DNA of 64,000 nt from NCBI RefSeq assembly GCF_001194135.2, contig NC_068992.1:23329433-23393432 (forward strand), given 5' to 3'. Under the pieces are notes generated by a model. The model was given only the letters and a program-made list of their open reading frames with translations. It was not told the DNA's origin and ran no database searches. Position numbers and translations under genes: made by a program. Below are positions 12,867-24,989 of the stretch, in pieces (within the stretch, counting starts at the first letter, position 1; every line of letters starts with the position of its first letter). Source of the stretch: Octopus bimaculoides (taxonomy: Eukaryota).

Positions 12867-13096
12867 GAATATATAGTAATTTGTGAGCGGAATGAGCTTC
12901 AATCACTAGCTAGTGAGTAACACACGCTGAGGACGGGTAACCGCCCACAGACTCGAACATAGGAGGTTATCACTCCCATCTCTAGCCTTACGTGATACAC
13001 ACGGATTCGAGTCTGTGGGTGGTTACCCGTCCTCAGCGTGCATTACTCACTAGCTAGTGACTGAAGTTCATTCAACTCACAAACTACTATATATTC
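12867..13096. mobile_element. Hairpin MITE with ~90-bp inverted arms
   Basis: 12867-12957 pairs with 13006-13096 around a 48-nt loop. Each arm contains the perfect palindrome TCACTAGCTAGTGA. Confidence 0.82.
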
Positions 13097-13370
13097 TTCT
13101 AGCGACTCACTGTCGCGGTCACGTAGAACAGAAAGAATGTTTTAATAAATCTCGGAGCGAGATATAAACTGTAGCAATACGGAACCGTAACATATTTTCC
13201 GGCTAAGTAAGGCGTCCTATACAGGACTGTGCTATATACTGCTTAGCATACCGTACATATGTGGAGTGTATATTCATATATACACACAAATATGTTAATA
13301 TGTATATAAAAAGAGGAGAGAGCACGGAAGAGAGAAAGAGAGAGAGAGAGAGAGGGGGAGAGGGAGATAG

Positions 13371-13424
<54 letters not shown>

Positions 13425-13811
13425 GTGCTTTCAGAAAGACTGACTAAATCAAAGTTGACATCTGTAGATGTAATTAAACTTATCCAGCCTGACCACATCG
13501 AATGAATACAATTGAAAAGAAGCTTCGTTTTCTCTGTCTTTCCTCCTCTTTCTTTTCTTTTCACTTTCTCATCCTTCTTTTTTCTTTGTTTCTTACCATC
13601 TTTTTTTTAAAAAAAACTGACAGCTTGAAATGCCATTACGATTTAACCTCACGTGAAAAAAATCTATTAACCACAGACCTTTCCCTTTCTTTCTCATTTT
13701 CTTTCTTTTTCTCCCTTCTTTTTTCTGTCTTCCTCTCTTTCTGACCTTACTTTCTTCCTCTTCCCTCTTCCTCGTCCCTCTTCCTCTTCTTTTCTCTTTC
13801 CCATCTTTCAC

Positions 13812-13995
13812 CTGTTTCAGTCATAAGACTACGGCCATGCTGGTGCACCTCCTTCGATTTTTAGTCGAATGAAATCGAGCCCAGTACTCATCCTTTTCCT
13901 AAACCTCGTACTTATTCTATCGGTATGTTTTGCTGAACCGCCATGCTGCGGGCACGGTTGTCAAGCAGTGATGGAAGACAAACACAGACACAAAG

Positions 13996-14067
<72 letters not shown>

Positions 14068-14290
14068 ACACACGCACATACTGAGACTACGGCCATGCTG
14101 GTGCACCTCCTTCGATTTTTAGTAGAATGAAATCGAGCCCAGTACTCATCCTTTTCCTAAGCCTGGTACTTCTTCTATCGGTATGTTTTGCTGAACTGCT
14201 AGTGTTGCGAGGACGGTTGTCAATCAGTGATGGCAGACAAACACGGACACAAAGGCACACACACACACACACACACACATACATACATGA
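13812..14290 (-). mobile_element. Tandem duplication of the 3' half of SINE family A, separated by (CA)n
   Basis: AGACTACGGCCATGCTGGTGCACCTCCTTCGATTTTTAGT occurs at 13826 and 14084 (period 258 bp) and is homologous to the family A 3' end. Confidence 0.85.
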
Positions 14291-14638
14291 GAAGAAATAA
14301 TACGAGTGATAAAATGGCTTTATAGCGGTTTTTGGTTGCTATTTTTAACATTTTGTAAACCCCCTAGTTATAATTGTGACTTGTTCATAATTATAAACGT
14401 TTATCTTCTTTGTATGTTATGATAATATTTTCGGCCATTGAAATTTTCATTAATAATCTTAATTATTTATAATATACCCTCCGTAATGTTTTATTATATT
14501 ACTTTCTAATTATTTAATTATTCCCAACTCATATCCGATGATTTTGTCTATGCTCGAATTTAGCGGTCTTTCCACATAAACACTGTGCATAGCATTTGAA
14601 TTCAAAACTTTCTTTTTTCTATGGGTATCTACTTTATC

Positions 14639-15017
14639 GTGGAGGTGAAATGGCTCACTGGTTAGGGTAGCGGACTTGCGGTCATAGGATCACGGTTTCG
14701 ATTCCCAGACCGGGCGTTGTGAGTGTTTATTGAGCGAAAACACCTAAAGCTCCACGAGGCTCCGGCAGGGGATGGTGGCGAACTCTGCTGTACTCTTCCA
14801 CAACAACTTTCCCTCACCCTTACTTCCTGTTTCTGCTGTACCTGTAATTCAAAGGGCCAGCCTTGTCACTCTGTGTCACGCTGAATATCCCCGAGAACTA
14901 CGTTAAGAGTACACGTGTGTGTGGAGTGCTCAGCCACTTGCACGTTAATTTCACGAGGAGGCTGTTCCGTTGATCGGATTAACTAGAACCCTCGTCGTCG
15001 TAAGCGACGGAATGCCA
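14639..15017 (+). mobile_element. tRNA-derived SINE, family C
   Basis: A-box TGGCTCACTGGTTAGG and B-box GGTTTCGATTCCC. Near-identical in organisation to the copy at 29753-30123. Confidence 0.88.
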
Positions 15018-15233
15018 TCAATCTACTTTATCAGGATTTTAACTCACGTGGATCTACGCAGGATTGCACCTAAAGACTTGTGCTCTTGTTTCTATAACTT
15101 GAGACAGCTGAACTATGAACTTTTATGCTACTTTTTCTTCTTTCTTTCCCTCTCCTTCTTCTTGTACTCCCTTCCTGTATGTCATGATCACTTTAATATA
15201 TGCCATTCTCATTTTCCATATGTTCTCCTATAT

Positions 15234-15289
15234 GTCTCTGATGATGGGATATCCAATACTCGGGGATATTCCAGAAACAGGTGTGAGAC
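15234..15289 (+). ncRNA. Minimal type-I hammerhead ribozyme motif (Penelope-type), probably inactivated
   Basis: GTCT-CTGATGA-[TGGGATATCC/loop/GGATATTCCA]-GAAAC-AGGT-GTG-AGAC: stem I, intact CUGAUGA core, 10-bp stem II, GAAA and short stem III. The cleavage triplet reads GUG rather than GUH. Confidence 0.6.
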
Positions 15290-15394
15290 TTTGAATGTTT
15301 GGGATGTTTACCTCGCCTTAACGTTTGTTGTACTCTTTAACAATTATACACACATTCACAAACATATATAATGTTGGCTTTTGCTACATTGGCA

Positions 15395-15640
15395 GAGCTC
15401 CCGCCTGGTCGCCGCTATCTGTTGTGCGCAGTCAAACAACTCGACCCATCATCTCCACCTTCAGTTCGTGAATAGTATACAACCTTGCACACTCTTTCAG
15501 TCTGTCCTCGGACGTCAGACGATGTCTCCGAACCTTGCCGGGTCCATGATCTGGGCTGCAGAGTAAAAGTTATCGTACTGCATTTGGTGCTTCTTCGTCC
15601 CCGTACAATTATCGTATTCTGTTCACTTCCCACCACTTCT
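15395..15640 (-). mobile_element. C-terminus of an RTE-like LINE ORF
   Basis: Minus-strand translation EEAPNAVR*LLLCSPDHGPGKVRRHRLTSEDRLKECARLYTIHELKVEMMGRVV*LR resembles the LLWxPxHG...GRxxxTYxDxL...ELxxxMxDRxxW end of RTE ORFs. Confidence 0.55.
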
Positions 15641-16020
15641 TGTATGCTGCAAAATTTGGGAAACCGACCTTATGAGCCTATGACTTGGAAAAAATAAAAA
15701 AAACTTGGTACTTATTTTTGTGTAGATACTTATTTTTCTGTACGAGGATTTGTAAATTTGTGTATATGTGTTTATGTATGTGTACATTATTCATATACAC
15801 GTATATGTATTTCAAATTTTGAAGAATACCTGTGAAATTGCATTGCCACATAACGAGTATATATTGTATATTAACTTGATACGCCTCAATTTAACGTGAA
15901 ATGATAGATTCAAATACTAAAGTATTAATTCTAGGAAGAGTTAACACAGCGTTGATATTTGAACATAGAATCGTACTAATTGAAATCATAAATCACACAT
16001 TAAAATGACAAGCAGCGGAA

Positions 16021-16520
16021 ATGATGACGTTACATTCGCATAAATTCAACCAGTCCCTATTCCAGTAGTTGAGCTATTCACAATTGAGGGAATTTAGCAG
16101 AGATTTAGCAAATGTAGAAGATATCATCAGTGCTGAATTTAAGGGTTTTGAAATTTTTATTTTGCATAGAGCGAAAGCTCTGTCTACTGTTGTTAAACAT
16201 TTCGAAGCAGTCACTAAAATAGAGAACAATTTTATGATCGCAAACAAGGAGAAAACGAACACTGGAAAGATAATGATATACATTGTTGATTTAAGCAATT
16301 TCTTGCGAAAAACTGCCGAAATAGGTGGTGAGACAGCTGGATATAGCTTAGATTTGAAAAATATTGAAGAGAAAATAAATAGCTGAAAAGTATTGTATGT
16401 ACATGAGATATATACTTATGACTTGGTTCAGGTTAGAAATTCCTTTTGCTAGCATTAAAACTTTCAGAAGTACTTATACCAGGAGCAACATGTGTGCATA
16501 TGAGAGAGAGAGAATGCGTT
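16021..16520 (+). pseudogene. Possible internally deleted hAT (Charlie/Buster-like) transposase remnant containing the 105-aa ORF
   Basis: In-frame ATG at 16021 with a TAG at 16066. Motifs KGF..IFILHRAKAL (cf. HCxIHRxAL), IYIVDLSNFL (cf. LAYLxDIFxxLN), KINS*K (cf. KLxLWK) and NFQKYL. The similarity is weak and judged by eye. Confidence 0.35.
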
Positions 16521-16750
16521 GTTGATAAAATTGTTGATTGAACTCTTCATAATAGTAATGCTATATTTCGCATTCATTAACCTTTAAACTTCCATCTTTA
16601 TCACCCTTTTACGATCCGTAGGTTCACGGTCATGTTTCTTATATTTTAATTTTGCTTTCTACGTAGCCAAACTGTGCACGCGGTCAGGCGGCTAAATAAA
16701 AACTTACTTTCGCCATTAAATGATCCGCAGTATTGGACTTTGTAATATAT

Positions 16751-16874
16751 GTGTGTTGCAAGAAGCTTACTTCCTAACCACATGGTTCCGGGTTCAGTCC
16801 CACTGCGTGGCACCTTGGGCAAGTGTCTTCTACTATAACCCCGAGACGACCAAAGTTTTGTTAGTAGTAACCCG

Positions 16875-16878
<4 letters not shown>
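16751..16878 (+). mobile_element. SINE family A, 5' part
   Basis: CCACATGGTTCCGGGTTCAGTCCCACTGCGTGGCACCTTGGGCAAGTGTCTTCTACTATA followed by (TA)n. Confidence 0.85.
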
Positions 16879-16913
<35 letters not shown>

Positions 16914-18941
16914 TATATCAATAAATGTGAATACATAACATAATACAGAACACTACTAACCTTTCAATTAATACCACCAACCCCCCCCATACATCCCATA
17001 CACCATTCACATTGCAGATCTATATCTACTCTCATTACACCAAATCAAGAACTACTTACCTCCCTTACACATAATCCTTTTACTCAGGGACTAGTGGACC
17101 TGACAACGTTCAGTAATCGGTGTGTATTCACTGCAATGGTTAGTAATTTTACGAAACCGGTATGCTTTTGAATCTCTTTAACTATTCACAATAATGACTC
17201 TTCTTACTTTTATTCCAACCTCAGTTCATCTAATTGTATATATATATCTATCGTTACTTTTCATAAAAAAAGCCTTTATTTTCTTGATTTCAGATGTGCA
17301 TTTTCGCTTATTTTTCTTCTTACTTTCCCCTTACATTTCCACGTGTAGTTTCTATTTTCTCTTTGTGACATATTTATATTATATATATATACATATAGTG
17401 CAAGACTGATGCTTTCCCAGTTGAGCTTCTACTAGCATTTATTTATGGATATTACAAACATCAAAAAACTAATGCCTGAAAACTACGAGCTTTCAGTTAT
17501 TCTGTACAAATACACAATATTTCAAACAGCATCATTCCACAGACGCGATATATGACCGAGATAAGTTCGCGAGAAAAACATTTATATTTTAGAGTTTGAA
17601 CAGAAATGTAGTATAAACTAACAACATGAAGGTTGTCAGAGAATGAAAAAGAATTAATATATTTTGTTATAAGCTAATTCAAACGAGATATGAAGTGGTG
17701 TTCTTCTCATTAACCTATTTTTTCTGAGCAACACAAGTGAATATTTCAGATAAATATAGAAAATATTCAAAATCTTGAAAAAGAGATATTCGTAGGTTTG
17801 AAAGATTGGAAAAGTAATTAAACATGTATTTCGGAAGAATAAAAAAGGTGCTGCCAATAATATAAATAAAACAACAATCTTTATATTCCTTAGAGAAACG
17901 AAAGTGCAAATCAATGCATAAAATACATATTACTTCAATATCAGCAGACTGAAAAAAAAAAAAAAAAGAAATCTTCCTCTCACCTAAGGCGAGTGTGTTT
18001 CAAAACGTTTTCAAAAAGTAACGTGTACTAATAATGCAACTGAATAATGTTTGAAAACCATCCGAGAGGCATCGGATTGCATGCAACAGTCTCTTTGTCA
18101 ATGAAAATTACAAAAGCAAAATTTTGTATTTATCAAATATGAAACAGCCACAATAGTTTGTAACATCTGAAGAAAGAAATACGTTATATTTATTTAAATA
18201 AAAGTATATAAAATTTCGCTCTGAAACAGAATTCATCATATATGGCCACGGGTGCACTTACATAGACAAATACACAGAGATACACAAACAAACACAAACA
18301 TACACACACATAAGTATATGTGTGTGAATGTTTACTAATTTCATCAATGTACACTAAGAAAGGGCAGAAACGATGGTGTAAATAATGGTCCTATTCCCCC
18401 AAAAATACTTATACGTCTCTGTAGAGAAAACCTTTTGTCTGTTTTACTATCATGAGCCTGTTCGCCGAGTAAGTTTTAGTTGAGTCCTTCAAATTATGAC
18501 GGTGCTTTTCAGCGCTTGCGACATAAAATACACTTTGGATTCCAGTAATATGAGGCACCACTGAATAGCAGTTATACTCATCTTCAAACCCGGAAACAAT
18601 CATAAAAACTAAAATATTATAGATACAAACTCCTTTACCACAGTGTCGGCAATCGAGAGAGAAACGATGTGCAGCGTAAAGTATCACTTCTAAGCAGAAA
18701 ACTAGAATCCAAAATTATGTTGTCAGACAAGGAATAAACATTGATAGACAAAAAGGAGAAATATACTCAGAGCACAGGCTTCCTATGGCGAAGAGTTGTA
18801 ACCGAACGAAAGTGATACAAACTGGCACACCATCGGTTCTGCATACTTGTGAAATTAACGTACAAGTGTAGAATAATACATTTCTAAATCTCTCAGAGAA
18901 ATTTATGCAGTAGTGATACGATGAAGTAGTTGTATGCGGTT

Positions 18942-19164
18942 AACTTAATGTGACAGTCCCCTGAAAGGAATAATACTACTCCTGGTTAGACCTAAGAAGC
19001 TGCGCCGCTTCCTGTCGGCCTTGATACATTTCCTGTGTCCTTATCTCCCCCACCATTGTAAACAAGGACACAGGAAATGTGTCGAGGCCGGCAGGAAGCG
19101 GTGCAGCTTCCTAGGTCTAATCAACATTAGTATTATTCCCTTCAGGGGACTGTCACATTAAGTT
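18942..19164. mobile_element. Hairpin MITE with ~100-bp arms, TTAA-flanked
   Basis: TTAA-TGTGACAGTCCCCTGAA...TTCAGGGGACTGTCACA-TTAA; arms about 90% complementary around a ~21-nt loop. Confidence 0.85.
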
Positions 19165-19314
19165 GACAGCATACAACTACTTTAACGTACAGGTGGCTGA
19201 GTACTCTATAGACACGCGTTCCCTTAACGTAGTTCTCAGGGAGATTGAGCCTGATACAGAATGTGACAAGGCTGACCCTTTGAAATACAGGTACAACTCA
19301 GTTTTGCCAGCTGG

Positions 19315-19380
19315 GAGGCCTGGAGCAACGAGAAGTAAAGTGTCTTACTGAAGAATACAACCCACTGCCAGCAATTTAAC
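19315..19380 (-). mobile_element. SINE family D fragment
   Basis: CTGGAGCAACGAGAAGTAAAGTGTCTTACTGAAGAATACAAC matches copies at 29340, 42660 and 53190. Confidence 0.55.
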
Positions 19381-19509
19381 TCAAAACCTTATGATAGGGA
19401 GTAGAATAGCCCTAAACACTAAGCCATTTGTTTTCACCAAAGGTATTCTATATGTAATACGAAAAACACGAATACCACTACAGCCAAAAAGGGTTTTACA
19501 TATTATAAG

Positions 19510-19554
<45 letters not shown>

Positions 19555-19559
<5 letters not shown>

Positions 19560-19700
19560 TTTCAAATCTTGGCACAAGGACAGTAGTTTCGGGGCAGGGG
19601 GTAAGTTGATTACGGTGGTGCTTTAACTCAGAACGTAAAGGTGGAATTTCGCTAAGAGTTTTATCCGGCGCATTAATGATTCTGCCTGTTTGCCACCTTA
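19555..19700 (-). mobile_element. SINE family B, internally deleted, with a different 3' tail
   Basis: AACTCAGAACGTAAAG...GCTAAG...CCGGCGCATTAATGATTCTGCC matches the reverse complement of the family B head. Confidence 0.65.
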
Positions 19701-20599
19701 ATGATCGCAAAAGATAATGTTACAAATATCACATCAGGCACAAAAAAGTATATAAGAATGAAAAGGGGGAAAGTTTGATCAGTAATTCGAACAAAATAGT
19801 AAGTGAAAACGTCCAAATCACACAATATATTTAGAAGTGCACATTCGATAATGGAAACTGAATATTTTATTTGTTAACAATAGATTTATTTTTCCATGAA
19901 TTTAAATCGTTGATCATAGTATTTTCATTTGTGTTATTGTCTTCAGTTAGATATCAACTAAATTATACAAGGCCGTATAATTAAAGATCATGGAGAAATA
20001 CATTAATAACTAGTAGCTTGAATAATAAATATAGTTTATAGTATATCGGAATATTGTAAAAGTCTAAAAAGATAAAATATTTAAAGAAACTTACATTCTA
20101 AATACATTTTTGAAAAAAGAAGGTATCACACAAGCATTATATATAGAAATAAGTTAATACCCGTATTATGCAGTGTGAACTATTAAGTGCCTTGGACTCT
20201 AATATTTTCTTCCTGAGAAAATGTTAGATATTACAAAATCGAGCTGAACAAATCAGTTAGTTTGTCTTGAAATATTGTTCATCGTTGAACGTAACGAAAA
20301 CTTCAATATTAGTTAGGAAATAGCAAGGAATATTGGCAAATAATATATTACGATATCAATAGGATATTAGATAGGACATAAATAAGAGAGTTTCCGATGA
20401 GCAGAAAAAAGATTCCGAAATAGAATGTGAATCATTGTTACAAAAGTAATAAACAGTATAGAAATTTAGCCAGCTGTCAGCTTTAAGTAAATACCTGATA
20501 ATTATGAAATACAAGCACTTCACCTAAATAATTTTAAAATGCACTTAAAATACACTTACAGAGTCATAATTAGGCAACCAGCTAGTCTAGCGGTTATCA

Positions 20600-22050
20600 G
20601 AATCGTCTGTCGCCTGCAGTGTGTATATATTTCCGAATATCGTATTAAAAGAAACAGTCAGGATAGTGGACATATTCGTAGACCGTAAAATGTCTGTCAA
20701 TTTTAACACACCTCTTTCGAAGACAAACACAGATCAGAAGGAAAATATATTTAACAGACAAGCATGTATGTTAATGCCAAAAAGAACCAGGTGTCACTGC
20801 TAGTGTCCGTATTGAAAAGAATATTAGAAGAAAAATATAACACATACACGCGAACACTATAATAGACTGTCACATTCTTACTATACCTCAAAACGACTGC
20901 CACGATGATAACACAGACTATGATCAATGGTGATAAAGGAATATGATCCCGCTTTCAAATGTAAGGATATTTAGGATTAGCACTGTCAAGGTACCTGCCA
21001 AAGGGTAAAAGATGGACTCCCTCATCTATGTTTATTGAAAATATAAAGATATAAAATCATGACCACACATAAAACTATGACCTACAACAAAAAATAAAAG
21101 CATTAAATCGGAGACTGAACAGCATGCAAGAAACCTCATACTGAATAAAAGATGAAAAACACAAAGCAGAAACAGGTATACCAATTACAAACGTGAACCA
21201 TCGAAACACATTGAAAATGCTATAGAAGACATGCGAGAGAAAAAAACAAAACAGAAAAAACGAATGTATTATTGAAAATCGAAAATAGGCAAAGAAACCA
21301 AAGTAAAATCCAATACAATGTTTAGTTCCATAGTAATCTTTATGGAAACATTCAAATAAATATACCGAATCACAAAAAAATGTAACCACCATCACACTTA
21401 ACAAAATACATAGATGTATATCCATAACAGTTCTGAGTATTAAGCGAGGACCGCAGTAAATTTATCAAAGAAAGGGAACAAAACAAAGCGCAACCAGCAA
21501 ACGTGTGTCACTGTTAATAAATGAGAAAGCTACCTGCGAATAACAACTCTATAAAAGAATAAGTGAATAAAGTAGGACCGCGTCAGTAATTCTCTGCACC
21601 GGAAAAAAATACCTTAATTGAAATAGAATTACTAGTTTAATCTATTCGAAAGATGTGGAAGCATGAGGGTAAACGGGTTTCATTCAATTAGCGACAGACA
21701 CACTTTACACATACTCCAAGAAAAATCTAAAGAAATCATATAAAATTAAATTGAGAATTCTTTGGCAAATGGAAAATAAAGAACCGGCACCAGAAAGAAA
21801 ATTGTATAAGAAAAGTTTATCGAGAAAAAAGAAAAAAATTCCACATACTGAAAGAAAGACTTAATTCGTTTTGAGGAAATGCATGTATAATACGTTTTGG
21901 GAAAAGTAATTATGGTTTTCTTTACATTTTACATGGATATTGGAAAAAAATTATAAAACGAGGTCGCACAAATACTAATAGGAAATCAACTTCATTGACG
22001 GGAACGGAGAACAACGTTTAGAAACAAAAATTTATAGATGACCAGAATGA
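20600..22050 (+). mobile_element. Possible highly decayed RTE-like LINE
   Basis: Strongly A-skewed stretch with one RT-like motif, GFHSISDRHTLHILQEKSKE, at ~21675 (cf. GFRxxYSTxDHIxTLxxLxEKxxE). Confidence 0.28.
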
Positions 22051-22149
22051 AAAAAAAAAAAGAATAATAAATAGGTCGATAAGCAGATATTCACGATCGA
22101 CTTGGCCAATAATCATATAAGGATGTTCTTGCTGAGTTTCAAACCATCT

Positions 22150-22720
22150 CACACAGGTCTCCAATTTAGGACCACGGCCCTAATATTGACAGAGACGGTA
22201 AAAGATAACTACGAGAAATTAACTCTTTTGACATTAAAAAAAATCATTAACACCTACTAGAGCATAGTTCGACAACTCTAACTCGATGGAGTATAATCAG
22301 ATTGTGATACACTTGAAAGTATGTTTTCTGAATTATCTCTCCAAATGGTACGAAAAAACATTTTGGGAAATTTGCAGAATTTTATAAAACTTGAAATATT
22401 AAACTCGCCAACCAGAACAACTTCAGGTGCAACACAGATGTCAGGTGGTCATGTTGGTGAGGATATAACTCTTTCGTTTTTCTAGTCCTGTCCACTTACT
22501 CCTTCCACTTAGACGCAAACCGATGAGGTTGTCTAGTGTGTATAATCGGGATTGCGACTGTATAGTCTGGCTATTGATTTTATGTATTTGATTGTGATTT
22601 AGGAGCCTGGTATTCGACTAGAACTGCAGGGCGATGAGAATAACTTCTTCCACAGAAAACTGATAATGAAGACATTATCGACATCGCTTCCATTATTTTT
22701 TACTGTAGTCCGTCGTATTT
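22150..22720 (-). mobile_element. Decayed APE endonuclease of a LINE
   Basis: Minus-strand pieces IPDYTH...SVCV*VEGV...VISSPT*PPDICVAPEVVLVGEFNIS (cf. IPxY, WVEI, YRPP, VLVGDFN). Confidence 0.45.
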
Positions 22721-23727
22721 CGACAGTAATACTTGTATAGAAGGAGGCGTATGGAGCACCACATGCACAGATTTTTTCATCCCGCCTTCACGCTTAAAGT
22801 CGAGAAAGAAGTCCCAGCACCAGATAAATCGAATAATACAGGAGATATCTCATCACACAGCGGTTAGAAGTATATCAAATTGTTCTATTGTGGCCAGGCA
22901 AGAGGAAGTATTTTATGCTGCAGTCACTGGAGATATAAATAACTTTCTTTCTGTCTTGAAAGATTTGATCAGGCAAGGTGACAGCCATCTTATCTACGTA
23001 GATTTTTCAAATGTATTTCCTTCCCGGCTGTGGGTGGTTGAAGTTTTAAAAAAATACTTGTCAGTAACATTGACTGTTGTCCTTTGTTCAAGATGTTCTT
23101 AATTTGACAGCAAGTTTATTTGCGTGTCTGCTTTCTTGTTAATATTGTTTATGTCGTCAAATATGCGTTTTCTTATTTTAAATTGATTGTCTTTAGTTGA
23201 GATGGTATCTGTTACTTGCATTGCCATGCTTCTTGTTATTTTTATCTCTTTATATTTTGTTCATTTAACGTTCATTTTCTTTGTTTGAAATTCTTTCTTG
23301 TATCCGAAGATTGAATTATTGATTTCTTTCAATGAGAATAGTCAGTACACATGTTTTCTTTTTTGCTAATGGTACTGCTTCTCTAGTAGAGAGACTCATA
23401 CTAAACATTATAATAAATATGAAATTCCGGTAAAAGTTTAAAGTGATGTTTAGAACAAGACTCTTCTCTGACACACAAAGATTAGAGATAAGGTGCATCC
23501 GTGGCTGGGTGTCATTTTGTATTCCAATATGGGCAGATGGTTAAAGCAAATCTGGCGAGAGATGACATGTAATCAGGGCATGCGAAGGGAGTTGCAGGGG
23601 GTAAAAACCCATTCACTAAGCTACACAAAAATATATAAGTCTAACCATTTATGTGCACCCAACCGACATGAAAATTGGTGGTACACTGCTAGACATATAA
23701 CTGCGACGTATGTACAATTAAGAACGA

Positions 23728-23946
23728 CAGTAATCCCTCGACTATCGCGGGTCTTACCTTCCAAAATCCCCAGTGATAGGTGAAATGGTACTGCACTTTA
23801 TATTTCTTACTTATTTTGATTATTTGTATATACTTACTTTATTATAAATGCAAAACATCACCACGGAAGTATCGAGGTAAGCTTAATTAATAAACCGCGA
23901 TAAATGAACCGCGATAGGTGGAGCGCGATATGGCGAGGAATTACTG
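23728..23946. mobile_element. Tigger/pogo-like MITE
   Basis: Terminal inverted repeats CAGTAATCCCTCGACTATCGCG and CGCGATATGGCGAGGAATTACTG, with TA on the right flank. Confidence 0.75.
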
Positions 23947-24989
23947 TATCTTATTGCATTTTTGCCACAGGGAAATAAAATTAATGAGAAAGAACATGGG
24001 AAAAGATTGCAACGAAAAACTAAGAAAGCAGTATGAGATAAGCTCCACAAATTATGGAGTTATGGTGTTGCACAAAGTCTTAGAAATAGACGCGAAGTCA
24101 ATCCATCCTTAACAGTTGACAAGTAATAGTAACATTTGTTCGACTTGTGTGATGCATGATCTGGAGCCGGGAACCTGATCGTTGATTTCTGTATCTGATC
24201 GAGTTTGGGGACTTTGGTCGTTACCTTCTAGTTGTGTTACAAGGCAAATATTTCATTCAACATCGCAACTGGAGCTTCAGCTTGTAAAATTGTGATGCTG
24301 GTAAAACTGGATGCTTCTGAGACCTGTTCTTTATATGGCTAGCTTTGTTACTTTTCTTTTCGGATATTCGATTTCCTTCGACAGAATAGTTTAAAAGTCA
24401 TTTATTGATTCGGGATTAAGAGATGATGGCTGCAGAGAAAAAAGTGTCCAAAATTTGGAAGAAAACAAAAGAAATGAATCCCCGAATGAAAAACAACACA
24501 AAACAATTAATACAGGTGAAAAGTAACAAATTTAGCAAAAGAATTACGGTGTCCTTACACAGAAAATCAATGAACATGACCAAAAAACAATTAAATGTAC
24601 TTCGCTCTTCTTTGAAAATCAAATCGAAATAATTAGGTAATCCACGTCTCTTCGGAGAAGTTAGATTTATAATATAGGAAACATGTAACAGATAAGATGT
24701 AAGAAAAAAATAAAATGACCACAAATCCATTATATGACATTGAAACATTGCTCTGCTGAAAATAAGAGCGTTTCTTAGCCCCAAACCACTCAAAATAATT
24801 TGACAGTTAGTTTCGATTCGTTGAGACCACAATATGAGCATGAGAAGAAAGGCGAAACAGGTGAGTGCTCTAAAACTGTGAATGATAAATTGCTCATATT
24901 TTGCAACTTTTAATAATGTTGTGTTAATTATTGTGTTTTATTTTACTTTTCGAGTTAAATAATTTTACTTTCAAAGTAAGCATGCGTAT

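Noticed and set aside
13869-14084. Secreted Cys-rich toxin-like peptide gene (MKSS...CCGHGC)
   Set aside because: It lies wholly in antisense SINE sequence, runs into (CA)n, and the cysteines are absent from the duplicate unit. Kept only as a low-interest finding.
20391-20425. Hammerhead-like CCGATGAG...CGAAA (and the minus-strand GAAACGCGTG at ~32405-32450)
   Set aside because: No credible stem II or stem I and the cores are mutated; indistinguishable from chance.
24423-24841. Lys-rich plus-strand ORF and 141-aa hydrophobic minus-strand ORF
   Set aside because: Both are explained by strand A/T skew and contain no recognisable domain.
24807-24860. 54-nt exon ending in a perfect CAG/GTGAGT donor
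   Set aside because: The acceptor has a poor pyrimidine tract, the peptide is not recognisable, and about one such 9-mer is expected by chance in a window of this size.
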